From Candidatus Latescibacterota bacterium (GTDB lineage: Bacteria > Latescibacterota > UBA2968 > UBA8231): a DNA stretch of 64,000 nt. This document shows, piece by piece, positions 29,164-37,711 of the stretch (positions are counted from its first letter, which is position 1; each line of letters begins with the position of its first letter). A program made the translations under genes and the position numbers. The notes under the pieces are model-generated. The model was not told where the DNA came from. It ran no database searches and saw only the letters and a list, made by a program, of their open reading frames with translations. The DNA lies in contig OZ242005.1 in the NCBI GenBank assembly GCA_965204725.1, positions 4,512,001-4,576,000 on the forward strand, given 5' to 3'.

Positions 29164-29906
29164 GCCATCCCAGTAATAACTTGCTCCACCTCGGCAACGG
29201 TCGTCTCCTTGGGATCGATGTCGTCGGCGACGACGCGGCCTTGGCGCAGCACCACGATCCGGTCCACAACCTCAAAGACGTGGTGGATGTTGTGCGCGAT
29301 GAAAATGCAGGAGTGGCCCGAATCGCGGGCGTTGCGGACGAAGTGCAAGACGCCTTGGGTCTCGGCGACTCCTAGGTTGTTGGTCGGCTCGTCGAGAATG
29401 ATTAGCTCGCTATCGAAGTGCATGGCCCGCGCAATGGCCACGGATTGACGCTCGCCGCCCGACAACGCACCGATGGGCGTCGTGGGGGGAATGTCCTTTT
29501 CAATGCCCACCTGCTTGAGCAAGGCACGGGCCACATTGGCCATGGCGTCTTGGTCCATGCGCCCTAAAAACCTCGGGCCTTTTAGGGGTTCGCGGCCCAA
29601 GAAAAAATTCCGCGCAATGGACAATTCCGCTACGAGGGCGGAGTCTTGGTAGATGGTTTCAATGCCGTAGCTAATGGCGTCGGCCGTGCTCTTTATGTCG
29701 GCTCGCGCACCGCGAATGAAGATGGCGCCGCTGCTGGCGGGGACGGCCCCGGAGAGAATTTTGATCAGCGTGGATTTACCGGCTCCATTGTCGCCGAGCA
29801 AGCCGACGATCTCGCGCTCGTTGACCGTCAGGTGGACGTTTTCGAGGGCATGCACCCGGCCGTAGGACTTGCTGATGTTTTTCATCTGGACTAGTGCCGC
29901 TGTCAT
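29160..29906 (-). CDS. sugar ABC transporter ATP-binding protein (single NBD)
   Basis: GDNGAGKS, LSGGERQ, IILDEPT. Confidence 0.93.
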   Translation of the reverse strand: MTAALVQMKNISKSYGRVHALENVHLTVNEREIVGLLGDNGAGKSTLIKILSGAVPASSGAIFIRGARADIKSTADAISYGIETIYQDSALVAELSIARNFFLGREPLKGPRFLGRMDQDAMANVARALLKQVGIEKDIPPTTPIGALSGGERQSVAIARAMHFDSELIILDEPTNNLGVAETQGVLHFVRNARDSGHSCIFIAHNIHHVFEVVDRIVVLRQGRVVADDIDPKETTVAEVEQVITGMA

Positions 29907-29909
29907 CGG

Positions 29910-32183
29910 CTAGTCTCCCTTGATGAAGTCGGCGATGGCGCGAATTTCCGCTTGAGTGAGGTCCAACGACTCCTTGGATGTGCCCGGGGCAAACTGCTTG
30001 GGATCGGCGAGAAACCGTTCCAAGTCGGCTGGCGTCCACACCATGTCTAGCGAGCGGAGCGCGTCTGAGAACAGGTAGCCGTTGACCGCACCCACACGCC
30101 GCCCAAGCACCCCGACGAGGTGCGGACCCATGCCGTGTTTCTCGGCATTCAGGCTGTGACAACCGCTGCAATATGCGTCGTATAGCTGAGCACCGGTCGC
30201 CGCGACCGTACCCACCGTATCCTCGCAGTCGATCGCATAGACGTTGCGGTTCCACTTCGATTCATCGGCGCAGTGGGCGTAGGATCGGCTCAGGAAATGG
30301 ACCCATCCCTCATCGACCAACAGCGCGAGACGTCGATCCGGCATTTGCGCGAGATCCCGGATCCGAGAGCCTACTTCAATGCGCTCGACGTATTGCACGT
30401 CCGTGCCGTCGCGCCGAACTCGAAAGAGCGCGTAGCCGCTCCCCTGTGTACCGGAAAGCGAACCGATCAGCAGATCGTCTCTCCACAGCGGGAACAGGTG
30501 CTCGTCATTGACGATGACGCTGGAGATGCCGATGGACGGCACCCAAGCGAAAACGGGCTTGATGAAGCCATCGTGTAGCCCCACCGCTTCGGCACGGGAC
30601 ATTCGGGACACATTGACCGTGCTTCCATACCCGACGCCATAGGAGACCTGCGGCCAACCGTAATTGCCGCCTGCTACCAGCACGTTGAGTTCACCGCCGC
30701 CTTGCGGTCCGTGCTCGGTTTCCCACAAGTGGCCGGCCGCATCCCGGATCAGCCCTTGCGGATTGCGAAGGCCGAACGCCAGCGTCTCCGCCCGGCCGGT
30801 CTTGATTTCAACGCGGACGAGCTTGCCCAAGTGTGAGGCCGGGTCTTGAGCATACTCACCTTGACCATGATCGCCAGTTACGACCAGCAAGTGGTCGGGC
30901 CCGTCCGTCAACATCCGGCCGCCCGCGTGGTCTCCTCCTCCCGTGGCGTCTGCGGTTGGTAGGCAGGGTTCGGCGTCGAATACCGTTCTCCACTCCGGCG
31001 ACACTGAAACGTCCGCGCCTTGTTGCAAAAGCGTCGTCGCGGACAACCGGAACCGCAGGCACTCGCCAGTGAAGTAGTGATGCGTCACAAACAGTTCATA
31101 CCGCCCGGCCGAATGCCGTTTCAACAAAATGTCGGCCACTCGAAACCGGTCCGAGCGGAAATTTGCTTGGTCCGGGTGCGCGAGGAGTTCGGCCTTGTTC
31201 ATCGGCACGTTCCCCTCTAGATACGCCACCTCCCCGGTTGGCCGCACCAGCGCGAACCGCCCGTGCGGCGTGGCCACGAGCAAGTCGTTGCCCAACGGTG
31301 CGATAGCCCCACCCCAAGCGCGATCCCAGCGGAGCCGGACCCACAACGATTGCAGATCATACAGGTGCGTCGTGAGCATCTCAGGGTGGGGGCGTGGAGC
31401 AGGGGGCGGGCTACCGCATCCCGGCGTCGTGGACGCCTCGGCCGCGACGACGCCCAACACCGCTGTCGCGGAGTACGACACGCCACCTTGGTCATAGTCC
31501 ACCTGCACCGACAAGCACTTCCCTTGCAGTTCGGGCTCCATGAAGTACTGATAAGACGGTCCACCTCCACGCTTGGGCAATACCTTGCAATCAGACCCGT
31601 CCGCGTTGCACATAAACCAATGCCACGGCGACCGACGTACAAATGGATATAGGCTTTCCATGCTAACTTTTGCGAATTTTCCCATCAGGGGCTGGTCGCT
31701 GCTAATCGTGGCGGCTGAGGACGCTTGGAGCACAGGGGCTGTTATCGGAACCGGGAACGACCACTCAGAGGACCTCGCGGTGTTGACTGCGGCCACCCGA
31801 ACCTCGTACTGCATCCCGCTCATCGCCCACATATTCGCGATGGTATAGGGCGAGGAGGGTGCAGGGTATTCGCGCCATGCAGGGACGAGTTGGTTTTTCG
31901 GCCGGACGGCGATCTTGTAACTCGTCGCGCCGGGAATTTCGCGCCAAGAGATCGTAAGGCGTCGGTTGGCAGCACTCACGGCAACGTCGGTGGGCGTACC
32001 GAGGGCTTCCACCTTGTCGGGAGTTCTTTTGACGTACATGTAGCCAGCGGCAGCCAACAGCATGAGCAAAAGAGCAAGCAGCGAAATTCGGGAGCGAATT
32101 TTTCGGGGGTGGGTGGGTGGTAACTCATTGTTTTTCAATGACTTATGAAAACAATCTAAAATTATTGCTCCAAATAGGTCCAT
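29910..32183 (-). CDS. array unit U5: anchor + FN3 + Ig-like + PQQ-dependent sugar dehydrogenase propeller + cytochrome c
   Basis: FN3 (LTISW...SYKI...YEVRVAAVN...SEWS); GSDH motifs HAGGR, GLRNPQG, EHGPQGGGELN, NYGWP, RIRD; haem motif CSGCH, GPHLVGV.GR. Confidence 0.9.
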   Translation of the reverse strand: MDLFGAIILDCFHKSLKNNELPPTHPRKIRSRISLLALLLMLLAAAGYMYVKRTPDKVEALGTPTDVAVSAANRRLTISWREIPGATSYKIAVRPKNQLVPAWREYPAPSSPYTIANMWAMSGMQYEVRVAAVNTARSSEWSFPVPITAPVLQASSAATISSDQPLMGKFAKVSMESLYPFVRRSPWHWFMCNADGSDCKVLPKRGGGPSYQYFMEPELQGKCLSVQVDYDQGGVSYSATAVLGVVAAEASTTPGCGSPPPAPRPHPEMLTTHLYDLQSLWVRLRWDRAWGGAIAPLGNDLLVATPHGRFALVRPTGEVAYLEGNVPMNKAELLAHPDQANFRSDRFRVADILLKRHSAGRYELFVTHHYFTGECLRFRLSATTLLQQGADVSVSPEWRTVFDAEPCLPTADATGGGDHAGGRMLTDGPDHLLVVTGDHGQGEYAQDPASHLGKLVRVEIKTGRAETLAFGLRNPQGLIRDAAGHLWETEHGPQGGGELNVLVAGGNYGWPQVSYGVGYGSTVNVSRMSRAEAVGLHDGFIKPVFAWVPSIGISSVIVNDEHLFPLWRDDLLIGSLSGTQGSGYALFRVRRDGTDVQYVERIEVGSRIRDLAQMPDRRLALLVDEGWVHFLSRSYAHCADESKWNRNVYAIDCEDTVGTVAATGAQLYDAYCSGCHSLNAEKHGMGPHLVGVLGRRVGAVNGYLFSDALRSLDMVWTPADLERFLADPKQFAPGTSKESLDLTQAEIRAIADFIKGD

Positions 32184-32228
32184 GCGTACGTCCTAACGGA
32201 TTATAGAAAAATCAAATCGTCGTAGGAA
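32121..32228 (-). promoter_or_regulatory. AT-rich junction block, copy 1: putative promoter, RBS and 25-bp palindrome
   Basis: Minus strand TTCCTA-17-TATAAT, then AGGA-7nt-ATG(32183); palindrome TAACTCATTG-TTTTT-CAATGACTTA at 32121-32145. Confidence 0.55.
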
Positions 32229-34040
32229 ATGGACCCGTCCCCCATCGACCAACAGCGCGATCCGGCGATCCGGCATTTGCGCGAGATCCCGGATCCGGTT
32301 GCCCACCTTAATGCGCTCGACGTATTGCACGTCCGGGCTGTCGCGCCGGACTCGATAGAGCGCGTGGCCGCCAAGCGAGCCGATCAGCAGATCGTCTTTC
32401 CACAGCGGGAACCAGCGCTCGTCATTGACGATGACGCTGGAGATGCCGATGGACGGAACCCACGCGAAAACGGGCTTGATGAAGCCATCGTGTAGCCCCA
32501 CCGCTTCGGCTTGGGACACGTTGACCGTGCTTCTATACTCAACGCCATAGGAAACCTGCGGCCAACCGTAATTGCCGCCTGCGACCAGCAGGTTGAGTTC
32601 ATCGCCGCCTTGCGGTCCGTGCTCGGTTTCCCACAAGTGGCCGGCCGCGTCCCGGGTCAGCCCCTGCGGATTGCGAAGGCCACGGGCCAGTACCTCTGTA
32701 TGGCCGGTCTCGATTTCGACGCGGACGAGCTTGCCCAAGTGCGAGGCCGGATCTTGAGCATACTCACCTTGCCTGTGATCTCCAATTACGACCAACAAGT
32801 GGTCGGATCCATCCGTCAACATCCGGCCGCCCGCTTGCTCGGATGCGGTACGCACACACGGATCCGCATCCAATATCGTTCTCCATTCCGGCGAGACTGA
32901 AACGTCCGCGCCTTGTTGCAAAAGCGTCGTCGAGGACAACCGGAACCGCATACACGCCCCGGTGAAATAGTGATGCGTCACAAACAGTTCATACCGCCCG
33001 GCCGAACGCCGTTTCAACAAAATGTCGGCCACTCGAAATTCGTCCAAGAGGAAATTTTCTTGGTCCGGGTGCGCGAGGAGTTCGGCCTTATTCATCGGCA
33101 CGTTCCCTTCGAGATACGCCACCTCCCCAGTTGAGCGCACCAGCGCGAGCCGTCCGTGCGGCGTTGCCACGAGCAAGTCGTTGCCCAACGGTGCGATGGC
33201 CCCACCCCGGGCGCGATCCCAGCGGAGCCAGACCCACGACAATTGCAGATCATACAAGTGCGTCGTCAGCGTCCGGCCGGCACCGACGATGCCTAACACC
33301 GCTGTCGCGGAGTATGACACACCCTCTTTGTCGTAGTCAACCTGAACCGACAGGCGCTTCCCTTCCATTGAGGCCTCCATGAAATACTTGTAAGACGGTA
33401 GAGCGTGATACCTCGGCAATACCTTGCGATCAGACCCGTCCGCGCTGGAAATAAACCAGTGCCACGGCAACCTGTTTTCAAGTGGATACTGGCCGACCAA
33501 GCGAACGGCTATGGGTTGTCCCACCACCGGGGACGAGGAGCTGCCAATCGCATTGGCTGGAGCCGCTTGCAGCACGGGGGCTGTTATCGAAACCGGGGCC
33601 GACCACTCGGATTGCCCACGGGCGTTGACCGCGGCCACCCGAACCTCGTACTGCATCCCGCTCATCGCCCACCTCTTGATGGTATAGGGCGAGGAGGGCG
33701 ACGTGTACTCGCGCCACTCGAAGGGGACGAGTCCGTTTTTTGGTCTGACAACGATCTTGTAACTCTCCGCGCCGGGAATTGCGTCCCAAGCGACGGTAAG
33801 GCGTCGGTTGGCAGCACCAACGGCGACTTCGGTGGGCGTACCGAGCACAGGTGATTCAATGCGACGCGCTTCCACCTTGTCGGGGGTTCTTTTGACGTAC
33901 ATGCAGCCAGCGGCAGCCAACAGCATGAGCAAAAGAGCAAGCAGCGAAATTCGGGAGCGAATTTTTCGGGGAGGGAGTAATCCATTTCTTTTCAACAACT
34001 TATGAAAACAATCTAAAATTATTGCTCCAAAGAGGTCCAT
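32193..34040 (-). CDS. array unit U4: FN3 + Ig-like + PQQ propeller, no cytochrome c
   Basis: Same motifs as U5; lipobox-like LAAAGC; QAGGR; ends FLRRFDFSIIR*. Confidence 0.88.
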   Translation of the reverse strand: MDLFGAIILDCFHKLLKRNGLLPPRKIRSRISLLALLLMLLAAAGCMYVKRTPDKVEARRIESPVLGTPTEVAVGAANRRLTVAWDAIPGAESYKIVVRPKNGLVPFEWREYTSPSSPYTIKRWAMSGMQYEVRVAAVNARGQSEWSAPVSITAPVLQAAPANAIGSSSSPVVGQPIAVRLVGQYPLENRLPWHWFISSADGSDRKVLPRYHALPSYKYFMEASMEGKRLSVQVDYDKEGVSYSATAVLGIVGAGRTLTTHLYDLQLSWVWLRWDRARGGAIAPLGNDLLVATPHGRLALVRSTGEVAYLEGNVPMNKAELLAHPDQENFLLDEFRVADILLKRRSAGRYELFVTHHYFTGACMRFRLSSTTLLQQGADVSVSPEWRTILDADPCVRTASEQAGGRMLTDGSDHLLVVIGDHRQGEYAQDPASHLGKLVRVEIETGHTEVLARGLRNPQGLTRDAAGHLWETEHGPQGGDELNLLVAGGNYGWPQVSYGVEYRSTVNVSQAEAVGLHDGFIKPVFAWVPSIGISSVIVNDERWFPLWKDDLLIGSLGGHALYRVRRDSPDVQYVERIKVGNRIRDLAQMPDRRIALLVDGGRVHFLRRFDFSIIR

Positions 34041-34085
34041 GCGTACGTCCTAACGGATTATAGAAAAATCAAATCGTCGTAGGAA
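33978..34085 (-). promoter_or_regulatory. AT-rich junction block, copy 2
   Basis: 33998-34104 matches 32141-32247 with one mismatch seen; degenerate palindrome TAATCCATTTCTTTTCAACAACTTA at 33978-34002. Confidence 0.55.
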
Positions 34086-35849
34086 ATGGACCCGTCCCCC
34101 ATCGGCCAACAGCGCGAGACGGCTATCCGGCATTTGCGCGAGATCCCGGATTCGGTTGCCCACCTCAATGCGCTCGACGTACTGCACGTCCGTGCCGTTG
34201 CGCCGAACTCGAAAGAGCGCGTGGCCGCTCCCCTGTGTACCGGAAAGCGAACCGATTAGCAGGTCGTCTCTCCACAGCGGGAACAGGTGCTCGTCATTGA
34301 CGATGACGCTGGAGATGCCGATGGACGGAACCCACGCGAAAACGGGCTTTGTGAAGCCATCGTGTAGCCCCACCTCTGCGGCGCGGGGCACGTTGACCTT
34401 GCTTCCATACTCAACGCCATACGTAACCCGAGGCCAACCGTAGTTGCCGCCCGCTACCAGCACGTTGAGTTCATCGCCGCCCTCTGGTCCGTGTTCGGTT
34501 TCCCACAAGTGGCCGGCCGCGTCCCGGGTTAGCCCTTGCGGATTGCGAAGGCCGCGGGCCAGTAACGCTGTGTGGCCGGTCTCGATTTCGACGCGGATGA
34601 GCTTACCCAAGTGCGAGGCCGGGTCTTGAGCGTACTTATTTTGACTGTGAGTTCCGATTACGACCAACAAGTGGTCGGGGCCATCCGTCAACATCCGGCC
34701 GCCCGCTTGGAGTGATGGGGAACGTACGCACGGCTGTGCATCAAATATCGTTCTCCATTCCGGCGACACCGAAACGTCCGCGCCTTGTTGCAAAAGCGTC
34801 GTCGCGGACAACCGGAACCGGAAGCACTCGCCGGTGAAATAGTAATGTGTTGCGAACAGTTCATACCGCCCGGCCGAATGCCGTTTCAGCAAAATGTCGG
34901 CCACTCGAAACCTTCTTTTGCCCAGATGCACGTTGAGTTCCGCTTGATTCATCGGCACGTTTCCCTCGAGATACGCCACCTCCCCGGTTGGACGCACCAG
35001 TGCGAGCCGCCCCCACGGCGTTGCCACGAGCAAGTCGTTGCCCAACGGCGCGATGGCACCACCACCACGTGCGCCATCCCAGCGAAGCCAAGCCCACGCC
35101 GATTCCAAATCGTACAAGTGCGTCGTCAGCACCCGGGCGGCCCCGACGACGCCCAACGCCGCGGTCGCAGAATACGACACCCCCTCTTTGTCATAGTCAA
35201 CCTGAACCGATAGGTGCTTCCCTTGCATGGCCGGCTCCATGAAATAGTGCTCAGACTCCCAGAAATAGTGCTCAGACTCCCAAAGTTGACGCCACGGTAA
35301 TACCTTGCGATCCAACCCGTCCGCGCTAAAAATAAACCAATGCCACCGCGACTGGTTCGCAAATGGACGCTGGCTGTGCAAGTCAACGGCTACGACTTCT
35401 CCCACCAACGGGGGCGAGAAGTCGCTGATCGCGTCGGCTGGGGCCGCTTGCAGCACGGGGGCTGTTATCGAGACCGGGGCGGACCACTCGGATTGCCCAC
35501 GGGCGTTGACCGCGGCTACTCGCACCTCATACTCCATCCCGCTCATCGCCCACATATTCGCGATGGAATAGGGCGAGGAGGGCGTCATGTATTCGTGCCA
35601 TGTGGGGACGAGTTCGTTTTTCAGTCTGACGGCGATCTTGTAACTCGTCGCGCCGGGCATTTCGCGCCAAGCGACGGTAAATCGTCTGTTGGAAGCACCA
35701 ACAGCGACTCCGGTGGGCGCACCGGGGGCTTCCACCTTGTCGGGGGGGCTATTGGCAGCGGATGCCAACAGCATGAGCAAGAGAGCAAACACCGAGACTC
35801 GGAAGCGAATTTTTCGTGTCGCCGCGACTATGGCCCCCCCTCCTTGCAA
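34050..35849 (-). CDS. array unit U3: FN3 + Ig-like + PQQ propeller, no cytochrome c
   Basis: Same motifs; weak TTG start overlapping the end of U2; ends FLRRFDFSIIR*. Confidence 0.85.
   Translation of the reverse strand: MQGGGAIVAATRKIRFRVSVFALLLMLLASAANSPPDKVEAPGAPTGVAVGASNRRFTVAWREMPGATSYKIAVRLKNELVPTWHEYMTPSSPYSIANMWAMSGMEYEVRVAAVNARGQSEWSAPVSITAPVLQAAPADAISDFSPPLVGEVVAVDLHSQRPFANQSRWHWFIFSADGLDRKVLPWRQLWESEHYFWESEHYFMEPAMQGKHLSVQVDYDKEGVSYSATAALGVVGAARVLTTHLYDLESAWAWLRWDGARGGGAIAPLGNDLLVATPWGRLALVRPTGEVAYLEGNVPMNQAELNVHLGKRRFRVADILLKRHSAGRYELFATHYYFTGECFRFRLSATTLLQQGADVSVSPEWRTIFDAQPCVRSPSLQAGGRMLTDGPDHLLVVIGTHSQNKYAQDPASHLGKLIRVEIETGHTALLARGLRNPQGLTRDAAGHLWETEHGPEGGDELNVLVAGGNYGWPRVTYGVEYGSKVNVPRAAEVGLHDGFTKPVFAWVPSIGISSVIVNDEHLFPLWRDDLLIGSLSGTQGSGHALFRVRRNGTDVQYVERIEVGNRIRDLAQMPDSRLALLADGGRVHFLRRFDFSIIR
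35241..35282. repeat. perfect 21-bp tandem duplication in U3 (WESEHYF x2)
   Basis: GAAATAGTGCTCAGACTCCCA twice. Confidence 0.95.
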
Positions 35850-37642
35850 TCAACCGCATAGACGCTTTCCCCTAACTCATCGTCGCAGTTGGCGTATCGG
35901 CTCAGGAAATGGACCCGTCCTCCATCAACCAACAGCGCGAGACGGCTATCCGGCATTTGCGTGAGATCCCGGATTCGGTTGCCCACCTCAATGCGCTCGA
36001 CGTATTGCACGTCCGTGCCGTCGCGTCGGACTCGAAAGAGCGCGTAGCCGATCCCCTGTGTACCTGAGAGCGAACCGATCAGCAGATCGTCTTTCCACAG
36101 CGGGAACCAGCGCTCGTCATTGACGATGATGCTGGAGATGCCGATGGACGGAACCCACGCGAAAACGGGCTTGATGAAGCCATCGTGTAGCCCCACCTCT
36201 GCGGCGCGGGGCACGTTGACCCGGCTTTCATACTCAACGCCGTACGTAACCTGCGGCCAACCGTAGTTGCCGCCTGCTACCAGCACGTTGAGTTCATCGC
36301 CGCCTTCTGGCCCGTGCTCTGTTTCCCACAAGTGGCCGGCCGCGTCCCGGATTAGCCCCTGCGGATTGCGAAGGCCCAAGGCCAGCGTCTCCGCCCGGCC
36401 GGTCTCGATTTCGACGCGGATGAGCTTGCCCAAGTGCGAGGCCGGGTCTTGAGCGTACTTATTTTGATTGTGAGTTCCAATTACGACCAACAAGTGGTCG
36501 GGGCCGTCCATCAACATCCGGCCGCCCGCTTGGATTAGATTGGCTGCGGCACTCAGGCACGGCTCCGCATTCAATATCGTTCGCCATTCCGGCGAGACTG
36601 AAACGTCCGCGCCTTGTTGCAAAAGCGTCGTCGCGGACAATCGGAACCGCATGCACTCGCCAGTTAAATAGTGATGCGTCACAAACAGTTCATACCGCCC
36701 AGCCGAATGCCGTTTCAGCAAAATGTCGGCCACTCGGAACCTTCTTCTGTCCGGGTGCGCGGGGAGTTCCGCTTGATTCATCGGCACGTTTCCCTCCAGA
36801 TACGCCACCTCCCCGGTTGGCCGCACCAGCGCGAACCGCCCATGCGGCGTGGCCACGAGCAAGTCGTCGCCCAACGGCGCGATGGCTCCACCCCAAGCGC
36901 GATCCCAGCGGAGCCAAGCCCACGACGATTGCAGATCGTACAAATGCGTCGTCAGCACCCGGGCGGCCCCGACGACGCCCAACGCCGCGGTCGCAGAATA
37001 CGACACCCCCTCTTTGTCATAGTCAACCTGAACCGACAGGTGCTTCCCTTGCATGGCCGGCTCCATGAAACAGTGCCGAGACTCCGAAGGCTGACGCCAC
37101 GGCAATACCTTGCGGTCCAACCCGTCCGCACTACAAATCAACCAATGCCACTTCGACCGGTTCGCAAATGGACGTTGGCTGTGCAAGTCAACGGCTACGA
37201 CTTCTCCCACTACCGGGGGCGAGAAGGTGCGAACCGCATCGGCCGGGGCCGCTTGCAACGCGGGGGCTGTCATCGAGACCGGGGCCGACCACTCGGATTG
37301 CCCACGGGCGTTGACCGCAGCTACCCGCACCTCATATTCCATCCCGCTCATCGCCCACATATTCGCGATGGTATAAGGCGAGGAGGGGGTCATGTATTCG
37401 CGCCATGCGGGGACGAGTTCGTTTTTCAGTCTGATGGCGATCTTGTAACTCGCCGCGCCGGGCATTTCGCGCCAAGCGACGGTAAATCGTCTGTTGGAAG
37501 CACTCATGGCGACGCCGGTGGGCGCACCGAGGGCTTCCACCTTGTCGGAGGGGCTGTTAGCAGCGGACGCCAACAGCATGAGCAAGAGAGCAAGCGTCGA
37601 AGTTCGGGAGCGAATTCTTCGGGGGAGTTGAATGCCTGTCAC
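35828..37642 (-). CDS. array unit U2: FN3 + Ig-like + PQQ propeller, no cytochrome c
   Basis: Same motifs; GTG start; ends in the linker (YAVDCKEGGP*) at a G7 tract. Confidence 0.86.
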   Translation of the reverse strand: MTGIQLPRRIRSRTSTLALLLMLLASAANSPSDKVEALGAPTGVAMSASNRRFTVAWREMPGAASYKIAIRLKNELVPAWREYMTPSSPYTIANMWAMSGMEYEVRVAAVNARGQSEWSAPVSMTAPALQAAPADAVRTFSPPVVGEVVAVDLHSQRPFANRSKWHWLICSADGLDRKVLPWRQPSESRHCFMEPAMQGKHLSVQVDYDKEGVSYSATAALGVVGAARVLTTHLYDLQSSWAWLRWDRAWGGAIAPLGDDLLVATPHGRFALVRPTGEVAYLEGNVPMNQAELPAHPDRRRFRVADILLKRHSAGRYELFVTHHYLTGECMRFRLSATTLLQQGADVSVSPEWRTILNAEPCLSAAANLIQAGGRMLMDGPDHLLVVIGTHNQNKYAQDPASHLGKLIRVEIETGRAETLALGLRNPQGLIRDAAGHLWETEHGPEGGDELNVLVAGGNYGWPQVTYGVEYESRVNVPRAAEVGLHDGFIKPVFAWVPSIGISSIIVNDERWFPLWKDDLLIGSLSGTQGIGYALFRVRRDGTDVQYVERIEVGNRIRDLTQMPDSRLALLVDGGRVHFLSRYANCDDELGESVYAVDCKEGGP

Positions 37643-37711
37643 CGTGGCGGTCCCGACCGTATCCGGTATCGTCGCGCTGGCATGGTCCTCGCAGTTGGTC
37701 GCATAGAGGCT

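Noticed and set aside
32160-32183. GAIIL match between the U4/U5 N-termini and the permease C-terminus
   Set aside because: The DNA sequences and base composition differ, so it is probably coincidence.
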